Shown here: piece after piece, positions 1 through 4,848 of the stretch
Layout: every line of letters begins with the position of its first letter
Position numbering within the stretch: position 1 is the first letter of the stretch
Source: a virus
Taxonomy: Duplodnaviria; Heunggongvirae; Uroviricota; Caudoviricetes
Length of the DNA: 6,529 bases
Direction: 5' to 3' (one strand)
IMG/VR virus record: IMGVR_UViG_2690316200_000011
Coordinates: 1 to 6,529 of that record
Made by a program: the position numbers and the translations under genes
The notes under the pieces: generated by a model
Told to the model about the DNA's origin: nothing
What the model saw: only the letters and a program-made list of their open reading frames with translations
Database searches by the model: none

Positions 1-47
1 AAAAAAAGAACAAATGGTAGTGTCCGCTATTGCCAGTACACCTCAGG
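1..47 (+). mobile_element. IS3-family insertion sequence, 3'-terminal segment of a second copy lying mostly upstream of the window
   Basis: Bases 1-47 are identical to 1925-1971, the segment that follows the orfB stop codon (1924-1926) of the in-window IS3-family element. Identity ends at 47/1971, where the flanks diverge (gtataag vs atagcgg). The element probably ends at the CA at 44-45 / 1968-1969. Confidence 0.6.
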
Positions 48-172
48 GTATAAGGGGTTATGGCCACCGGACTACCAAACGGCTGCCAGCCCTCTTTCAG
101 TTTATGTGTCAGCTTTTCCGCAAGATCTGACGGCGGCGCCGCCCTGACAACATCATAGTGTTTAAATGCCAT
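48..172 (-). pseudogene. Small hypothetical protein gene, C-terminus removed by the IS end; reads MAFKHYDVVRAAPPSDLAEKLTHKLKEGWQPFGSPVAITPY and then continues into IS sequence without a stop
   Basis: ATG at 170-172 on the minus strand, preceded by GGTGGAAAGAACC as a possible RBS. The translation has balanced, protein-like composition and sits in a GC-normal stretch. The open frame runs through the IS-derived bases 1-47. The EGWQPFG motif resembles small phage-associated proteins (DUF1737-like is a recollection, not verified). Confidence 0.4.
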
Positions 173-432
173 GGTTCTTTCCACCATCTGAAAAATAATT
201 CTTTAAAATACCTGACATGTAATACAGAAAAAACACAAAACCATACCTTAAATAAAAACCTGATTATCAAGCAGATATGCATGGATAAACTACAAGACGA
301 GATATAAACCACCCTGCATTTAAATAAACAATAAACAACATCAGAAAAATAATTCTGCTCTATGGTTTACATTCAAAAATATCATTTATACTTTTCAGAA
401 CATCACCAGCAAGGCATAAACAAGGAAACTAA

Positions 433-768
433 ATGAAGTGGATTGTGATTGATACAGTTATCCAGCCATCATGCGGAATATCTTTTTCAGTCATATGGAG
501 TAAAATAAAATTAATAATCTGGTATCAATCGGATGCTTTCTTACCTCCTGAAAGTATATTTACACTGACTCACACAGGCATCATGCTCAATAACAAAGTG
601 CTACCTGTAACCATTTACAACGTAGTACCATTCAATAAAACATTCTGGAATTCAATCAAAAATAGCCAGGAATGCCCTACAAATACAGATAACGTATTGA
701 ATGAATGCTTTAATAACCGTTGCACTCTGCAAATATGTCCTTATGGACTAAAACAACAAAGTCCATAA
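433..768 (+). CDS. Hypothetical protein, 111 aa, AT-rich orphan ORF
   Basis: ORF from the six-frame track. ATG at 433 is preceded by AAGGAAACTAA, a plausible Shine-Dalgarno with good spacing. The sequence is AT-rich and the protein is Cys/Trp/Asn-rich with no recognisable motif, so it may be non-coding. Confidence 0.25.
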   Translation: MKWIVIDTVIQPSCGISFSVIWSKIKLIIWYQSDAFLPPESIFTLTHTGIMLNNKVLPVTIYNVVPFNKTFWNSIKNSQECPTNTDNVLNECFNNRCTLQICPYGLKQQSP

Positions 769-770
769 GG
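739..770. repeat. Perfect inverted repeat: 11-bp stem (ccttatggact / agtccataagg) with a 10-nt loop
   Basis: Read directly from the sequence. It overlaps the stop codon (766-768) of ORF 433-768. There is no T-run on either strand, so it is not a canonical intrinsic terminator. Confidence 0.5.
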
Positions 771-805
771 AGTTTACTCACATCTGACAAAATCAATATA
801 AACAG

Positions 806-819
806 CCCCTCCGGAGGGG
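806..819. repeat. Perfect 14-bp palindrome CCCCTCCGGAGGGG abutting the assembly gap; possible minus-strand terminator hairpin
   Basis: The sequence is its own reverse complement. On the minus strand it is followed by CTGTTTATATTG, which is T-rich. A related hairpin recurs at 2160-2177. Confidence 0.4.
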
Positions 820-831
820 NNNNNNNNNNNN
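820..831. other. Assembly gap (12 N) of unknown true length
   Basis: Run of n characters. The orfA reading frame is open right up to the gap, so the IS 5' end and the orfA N-terminus lie inside it. Confidence 0.95.
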
Positions 832-832
832 T

Positions 833-1072
833 GAAAATCAACTTTCGATCAGTGAAGGCGCTTCCCGATTATCTCTTCCTGAAGGCACTTTAGGACAATG
901 GGTTACCGCCGCCAGAAAAGGGCTCGGTACTCCTGGTTCCCGCACGGTGGCTGAACTGGAATCTGAAATTCTGCAACTGCGTAAGGCGTTAAATGAAGCT
1001 CGCCTTGAGCGAGATATATTAAAAAAAGCAACAGCGTATTTTGCACAGGAGTCGCTGAAAAATACGCGTTAA
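833..1072 (+). CDS. IS3-family transposase OrfA, partial (N-terminus in gap)
   Basis: The frame is open from the gap to TAA at 1070-1072. The translation ...EGASRLSLPEGTLGQWVTAARKG...ELESEILQLRKALNEARLERDILKKATAYFAQESLKNTR shows the HTH tail and heptad leucine zipper typical of IS3 OrfA proteins. Confidence 0.75.
   Translation, partial: ENQLSISEGASRLSLPEGTLGQWVTAARKGLGTPGSRTVAELESEILQLRKALNEARLERDILKKATAYFAQESLKNTR
1021..1027 (+). other. Programmed -1 ribosomal frameshift heptamer A_AAA_AAA (followed by G) joining orfA to orfB
   Basis: In the orfA frame the codons are TTA AAA AAA GCA. A -1 slip gives ...KKSNSVFCTGVAEKYALIEQWRQQFPIEAMCQVFG..., which is in frame with orfB. This matches the IS3-family OrfAB mechanism. 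Confidence 0.6.
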
Positions 1073-1107
1073 TCGAACAATGGCGACAACAATTTCCCAT
1101 TGAAGCG

Positions 1108-1926
1108 ATGTGTCAGGTATTTGGTGTATCCAGGAGCGGTTATTACAACTGGGTACAGCATGAACCCTCAGACAGAAAACAAAGTGATGAGCGGCTAAAA
1201 CTGGAGATTAAGGTGGCACATATCCGCACTCGCGAAACATATGGAACCCGGCGGCTCCAGACGGAGCTGGCAGAGAATGGCATCATCGTTGGTCGTGACC
1301 GACTGGCACGTCTTCGTAAGGAGCTAAGGCTACGCTGTAAGCAGAAACGCAAGTTCAGAGCGACTACGAACTCGAACCACAATCTGCCAGTTGCGCCAAA
1401 TCTGCTGAACCAGACGTTCGCTCCTACAGCACCAAATCAGGTCTGGGTGGCGGACCTGACGTATGTTGCCACACAGGAGGGATGGTTGTACCTCGCTGGC
1501 ATCAAAGATGTTTATACGTGCGAAATTGTCGGCTACGCCATGGGAGAGCGCATGACAAAAGAGCTGACAGGTAAAGCCCTGTTTATGGCGCTCAGGAGCC
1601 AGCGCCCACCTGCCGGGCTAATCCACCACTCTGATCGAGGTTCACAGTACTGCGCATACGATTACCGGGTCATACAGGAGCAGTCTGGTCTGAAAACATC
1701 AATGTCGCGTAAAGGTAACTGTTACGACAACGCTCCGATGGAAAGCTTCTGGGGAACGCTGAAAAATGAGAGCCTGAGCCACTATCGTTTTAATAACCGG
1801 GATGAAGCCATCTCAGTAATACGGGAATACATTGAGATTTTCTACAATCGTCAGCGTCGTCACTCTCGTCTGGGGAATATCTCCCCGGCAGCCTTCAGGG
1901 AAAAATATCATCAGATGGCTGCTTAA
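1108..1926 (+). CDS. IS3-family transposase OrfB (DDE/integrase catalytic domain); in vivo most likely made as an OrfAB transframe fusion
   Basis: 272-aa ORF. It begins MCQVFGVSRSGYYNW and carries the motifs HSDRGSQY...SMSRKGNCYDNAPMESFWGTLKNE...YNRQRRHSRLGNISP, which are characteristic of IS3-family OrfB. The frame is open upstream of the ATG back to the slippery site. Confidence 0.9.
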   Translation: MCQVFGVSRSGYYNWVQHEPSDRKQSDERLKLEIKVAHIRTRETYGTRRLQTELAENGIIVGRDRLARLRKELRLRCKQKRKFRATTNSNHNLPVAPNLLNQTFAPTAPNQVWVADLTYVATQEGWLYLAGIKDVYTCEIVGYAMGERMTKELTGKALFMALRSQRPPAGLIHHSDRGSQYCAYDYRVIQEQSGLKTSMSRKGNCYDNAPMESFWGTLKNESLSHYRFNNRDEAISVIREYIEIFYNRQRRHSRLGNISPAAFREKYHQMAA

Positions 1927-2150
1927 AAAAAGAACAAATGGTAGTGTCCGCTATTGCCAGTACACCTCAGGATAGCGGTCATGTGATGCCGGTTTCCCGG
2001 TAACTCAGCACCGGTATCTGAGTCAACGTTTTCTCTACTGGGTCATTTCCGATACGCCCTGCCTGCTGACAGGCTTTCATCACATCTGAAAATATAGCAC
2101 CCTGACTGATACTGTAGTACCTAAGGTTCCAGAAACTGTGATGTATCCGG

Positions 2151-2177
2151 CACAGAAAAGCCCCTCCGGAGAGGGCT
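2151..2177 (-). terminator. Putative rho-independent terminator (GC hairpin gcccctc-cgga-gagggc with a T-run on the minus strand)
   Basis: Bulged GC-rich hairpin at 2160-2176. The plus-strand agaaaag immediately 5' gives TTTTCT after the hairpin on the minus strand. Confidence 0.4.
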
Positions 2178-2569
2178 GGAGAGTGGCGCTATGTGCCATT
2201 GCATGATGCCGGGTGCCTCCCGGTGAATTCAGTACCAGCACCTGAATCCGCGATTATCCCATATACCTACTCGCTGATTGCCCCTCCGCACAGGGGGATT
2301 CACCATGCCAGTTTCTTTTAACAAACTCCCCGCAAACCAGACAACAGTCAACCGCCTGAATTGTGAAGTATTTAAAAATTTCTCCCGCTAACTGATACCC
2401 GGCTAACAGTCTGGCGTTTTCTTTTTCAGCAACGGGAAAGCAACAACCACCACACCCGCCACCAGCACACCGTCAGCCAGCACTGACATTATCCGGCTGC
2501 TGCAATGCCATTCACAAAAACAGTAAGCAATCACTTTTTACCGTAACAGGTGATAATCCAGATATGTAT

Positions 2570-2923
2570 CTACCCCAGATGAGTAATCCGAAGTTCATCC
2601 ATACCACAGGTCCTGGCTATTCTGTTGTACTCCTGAACAAGAGCAAATAATTCTGAATTAGCAACCATGAACTCATCGCAAACCCTCTGTATAGCATCAC
2701 TATTCAGAATAATAACGTCTCTTCCCGAAAGACGATCAGGAGTACAGAACAAAACTGTCAAACGGCTGAAGGCCTTTGCTCGTGCTGCATTGACTATATC
2801 AATACGCTGCCTAAGGATGAAACACCCCGACGCCTCATCAATATTCACTCTACCCACACCATATGAATGATAAATATTTAATGCTGAAAAAACCATTAGA
2901 CCGTATAACAAACACTCAATCAA
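2570..2923 (-). CDS. Hypothetical protein (cargo/moron candidate), 117 aa from a TTG start or 108 aa from the ATG at 2894-2896
   Basis: It is the longest ORF in a moderately AT-rich stretch, on the same strand as and directly downstream of the tRNA cluster. The translation is protein-like (…RVNIDEASGCFILRQRIDIVNAARAKAFSRL…ELFALVQEYNRIARTCGMDELRITHLG). There is no convincing RBS for either start and I recognise no family. Confidence 0.5.
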   Translation of the reverse strand: MIECLLYGLMVFSALNIYHSYGVGRVNIDEASGCFILRQRIDIVNAARAKAFSRLTVLFCTPDRLSGRDVIILNSDAIQRVCDEFMVANSELFALVQEYNRIARTCGMDELRITHLG

Positions 2924-3033
2924 TACTTAACAGAACTTTTATTTTTGACAAACATAAAATATTTTCAACAATATCCTGAGCCAGGTATATTTCAGTATAA
3001 GGCTCTGCCGGAAGGAATCTGGAAGAATGAATA

Positions 3034-3110
3034 TGGCGCGCTGTACTGGATTCGAACCAGTGACCGATTGCTTAGAAGGCAATTGCTCTGTCCGGCTGAG
3101 CTAACAACGC
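3034..3110 (-). tRNA. tRNA-Arg (anticodon UCU), phage-type argN-like
   Basis: The minus-strand RNA GCGTTGTTAGCTCAGCCGGACAGAGCAATTGCCTTCTAAGCAATCGGTCACTGGTTCGAATCCAGTACAGCGCGCCA folds as a 77-nt cloverleaf: 7-bp acceptor stem with one G-U pair, D-arm GCTC/GAGC, anticodon loop CTTCTAA, T-loop TTCGAAT, and an encoded CCA. Confidence 0.9.
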
Positions 3111-3123
3111 TGAATACCGATAA

Positions 3124-3203
3124 TGGACCGCCATCGGGGACCCGCCCCCGCACCAACAACCCTGTTATCGTGTCGTCTGCTCTTCCTGATAAGCTAATGG
3201 CGG
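3124..3203 (-). other. Degenerate tRNA-like relic (pseudo-tRNA)
   Basis: The minus-strand RNA is CCGCCAT-TA-GCTT...GAGC-...-CGGGG-GCGGGTC-CCCCG-ATGGCGG-T-CCA. The acceptor stem is perfectly complementary and a D-arm, a T-stem and a 3' CCA are present. No canonical anticodon hairpin can be formed and the T-loop is non-canonical. Confidence 0.3.
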
Positions 3204-3210
3204 TTTGTGA

Positions 3211-3286
3211 TGGTGGCCCTTGCTGGATTTGAACCAGCGACCTGGCGATTATGAGTCGCTCGCTCTCACCACTGAGCTAAAGGGCC
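3211..3286 (-). tRNA. tRNA-Ile2 (anticodon CAU, lysidine-type; ileX/ileZ-like), copy 1
   Basis: The minus-strand RNA GGCCCTTTAGCTCAGTGGTGAGAGCGAGCGACTCATAATCGCCAGGTCGCTGGTTCAAATCCAGCAAGGGCCACCA is a 76-nt cloverleaf with anticodon loop CTCATAA. It is very close to the remembered E. coli tRNA-Ile2 (ileX) sequence, which argues for Ile2 rather than Met. Confidence 0.85.
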
Positions 3287-3321
3287 GGGAGCAGAATAAT
3301 AACGGTCCGTAATTAATTCCN

Positions 3322-3346
3322 CCCATAAGCGCTAACTTAAGGGTTG
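3322..3346. repeat. IS186 left terminal inverted repeat
   Basis: 25-bp perfect inverted match with 4640-4664. Position 3321 is an ambiguous n. Confidence 0.8.
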
Positions 3347-3378
3347 TGGTATTACGCCTGATATGATTTAACGTGCCG

Positions 3379-4491
3379 ATGAATTACTCTCACGATAACT
3401 GGTCAGCAATTCTGGCCCATATTGGTAAGCCCGAAGAACTGGATACTTCGGCACGTAATGCCGGGGCTCTAACCCGCCGCCGCGAAATTCGTGATGCTGC
3501 AACTCTGCTACGTCTGGGGCTGGCTTACGGCCCCGGGGGGATGTCATTACGTGAAGTCACTGCATGGGCTCAGCTCCATGACGTTGCAACATTATCTGAC
3601 GTGGCTCTCCTGAAGCGGCTGCGGAATGCCGCCGACTGGTTTGGCATACTTGCCGCACAAACACTTGCTGTACGCGCCGCAGTTACGGGTTGTACAAGCG
3701 GAAAGAGATTGCGTCTTGTCGATGGAACAGCAATCAGTGCGCCCGGGGGCGGCAGCGCTGAATGGCGACTACATATGGGATATGATCCTCATACCTGTCA
3801 GTTCACTGATTTTGAGCTAACCGACAGCAGAGACGCTGAACGGCTGGACCGATTTGCGCAAACGGCAGACGAGATACGCATTGCTGACCGGGGATTCGGT
3901 TCGCGTCCCGAATGTATCCGCTCACTTGCTTTTGGAGAAGCTGATTATATCGTCCGGGTTCACTGGCGAGGATTGCGCTGGTTAACTGCAGAAGGAATGC
4001 GCTTTGACATGATGGGTTTTCTGCGCGGGCTGGATTGCGGTAAGAACGGTGAAACCACTGTAATGATAGGCAATTCAGGTAATAAAAAAGCCGGAGCTCC
4101 CTTTCCGGCACGTCTCATTGCCGTATCACTTCCTCCCGAAAAAGCATTAATCAGTAAAACCCGACTGCTCAGCGAGAATCGTCGAAAAGGACGAGTAGTT
4201 CAGGCGGAAACGCTGGAAGCAGCGGGCCATGTGCTATTGCTAACATCATTACCGGAAGATGAATATTCAGCAGAGCAAGTGGCTGACTGTTACCGTCTGC
4301 GATGGCAAATTGAACTGGCTTTTAAGCGGCTCAAAAGTTTGCTGCACCTGGATGCTTTGCGTGCAAAGGAACCTGAACTCGCGAAAGCGTGGATATTTGC
4401 TAATCTACTCGCCGCATTTTTAATTGACGACATAATCCAGCCATCGCTGGATTTCCCCCCCAGAAGTGCCGGATCCGAAAAGAAGAACTAA
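3379..4491 (+). CDS. insL: IS186 transposase InsL (IS4-family DDE transposase)
   Basis: The ORF track starts at GTG 3373; the ATG at 3379 gives the 370-aa product MNYSHDNW.... The C-terminal YRLRWQIELAFKRLKS is the Y-R-E signature typical of IS4-family transposases. The ORF is bounded by the inverted repeats. Confidence 0.88.
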   Translation: MNYSHDNWSAILAHIGKPEELDTSARNAGALTRRREIRDAATLLRLGLAYGPGGMSLREVTAWAQLHDVATLSDVALLKRLRNAADWFGILAAQTLAVRAAVTGCTSGKRLRLVDGTAISAPGGGSAEWRLHMGYDPHTCQFTDFELTDSRDAERLDRFAQTADEIRIADRGFGSRPECIRSLAFGEADYIVRVHWRGLRWLTAEGMRFDMMGFLRGLDCGKNGETTVMIGNSGNKKAGAPFPARLIAVSLPPEKALISKTRLLSENRRKGRVVQAETLEAAGHVLLLTSLPEDEYSAEQVADCYRLRWQIELAFKRLKSLLHLDALRAKEPELAKAWIFANLLAAFLIDDIIQPSLDFPPRSAGSEKKN

Positions 4492-4639
4492 CTCGTTGTG
4501 GAGAATAACAAAAATGGTCATCTGGAGCTTACAGGTGGCCATTCGTGGGACAGTATCCCTGACAGCCTACAAAACGCAATTGAAGAACGCGAGGCATCGT
4601 CTTAACGAGGCACCGAGGCGTCGCATTCTTCAGATGGTT

Positions 4640-4664
4640 CAACCCTTAAGTTAGCGCTTATGGG
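4640..4664. repeat. IS186 right terminal inverted repeat
   Basis: Reverse complement of 3322-3346. Confidence 0.8.
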
Positions 4665-4725
4665 ACTTGAACCCCGCGCAGCCAGCTTCGAAGGCTGGCG
4701 CTCTTTCCTGATGAGCTAATGGCGG
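4665..4725 (-). pseudogene. Truncated tRNA-Arg(UCG)-like gene: 5' part retained, 3' T-stem/acceptor strand replaced by IS186
   Basis: The minus-strand RNA is CCGCCAT-TA-GCTC-ATCAGGAAA-GAGC-G-CCAGC-CTTCGAA-GCTGG-CTGCG-CGGGG-TTCAAGT-CCC followed by the IS186 IR. The D-arm, anticodon arm (anticodon TCG) and T-stem/T-loop are canonical; the 3' acceptor strand and CCA are missing. The acceptor 5' strand starting with C is unusual, so the assignment is tentative. Confidence 0.45.
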
Positions 4726-4732
4726 TATGTGA

Positions 4733-4808
4733 TGGTGGCCCTTGCTGGATTTGAACCAGCGACCTGGCGATTATGAGTCGCTCGCTCTCACCACTGAGCT
4801 AAAGGGCC
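4733..4808 (-). tRNA. tRNA-Ile2 (anticodon CAU), copy 2, identical to copy 1
   Basis: 76 nt identical to 3211-3286. The flanks are similar but not identical (several mismatches in the 5' and 3' flanking 30-40 bp). Confidence 0.85.
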
Positions 4809-4848
4809 GGGAGCCGCATAATAACGACGCGTAATTAATTCTTCAATA

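Larger units (their letters stand above)
832..1969 (+). mobile_element. IS3-family insertion sequence (orfA / orfB with -1 frameshift); left end missing in the gap
   Basis: The two-ORF organisation is typical of the IS3 family: a leucine-zipper OrfA C-terminus, an A_AAA_AAA_G slippery heptamer in the overlap, and an OrfB with a DDE integrase core. The 3' end is defined by the 47-bp identity with bases 1-47. The specific IS name is not recognised with confidence. Confidence 0.85.
3322..4664 (+). mobile_element. IS186 (IS4 family) insertion sequence, complete, with about 23-25-bp terminal inverted repeats
   Basis: 3322-3346 (cccataagcgctaacttaagggttg) is the exact reverse complement of 4640-4664. 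The total length of about 1.34 kb, the single 370-aa transposase beginning MNYSHDNWSAILAHIG and the terminal CATAAGCGCTAACTTAAGGG match my recollection of IS186/InsL. Confidence 0.8.

Noticed and set aside
109-312. Track ORF 109-312 (-), 67 aa
   Set aside because: The translation is junk-like (MVYISSCSLSMHICLIIRF...) and it overlaps the far more protein-like minus-strand frame starting at 170-172. It probably reflects a non-ATG start in the track and AT-rich sequence.
903-1382. Track ORFs 903-1100 (-) and 1143-1382 (-)
   Set aside because: Antisense to IS3-family orfA/orfB. The sense frames have recognisable transposase motifs and the frameshift signal.
2667-2870. Plus-strand ORF 2667-2870 overlapping the cargo ORF
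   Set aside because: It is shorter, has no RBS, and is antisense to the longer minus-strand ORF that is co-oriented with the tRNA/methyltransferase array. It is kept only as the alternative if the minus-strand ORF proves non-coding.
2570-2923. Shiga toxin genes at the toxin-equivalent locus
   Set aside because: The ORF is far too short for stxA (about 320 aa), is not followed by a roughly 90-aa stxB-like ORF, and shares no recognisable sequence with either. Only the locus architecture is Stx-phage-like.
2945-3232. Track ORF 2945-3232 (+), 95 aa
   Set aside because: It spans the tRNA-Arg gene, the tRNA-like relic and part of tRNA-Ile2 on the opposite strand. It is an open frame by chance across structured RNA genes.
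3626-4111. Track ORFs 3626-3820 (+) and 3803-4111 (-)
   Set aside because: Both lie entirely inside the IS186 transposase gene in alternative or antisense frames, and their translations are low-complexity. They are frame shadows of insL.
4452-4654. C7 homopolymer near the end of insL with an overlapping alternative-frame ORF (4466-4654) reaching into the right IR
   Set aside because: It could hint at a frameshifted longer transposase, but the 370-aa product from the ATG matches the expected size of IS186 InsL, and a roughly 150-bp non-coding 3' region is plausible for this IS. It is treated as a native feature rather than a mutation.
3312-4674. Target-site duplication flanking IS186
   Set aside because: The 10 bp outside each IR (attaattccn and acttgaaccc) do not match, so no duplication is present. 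This is interpreted as a recombinant junction (see findings).
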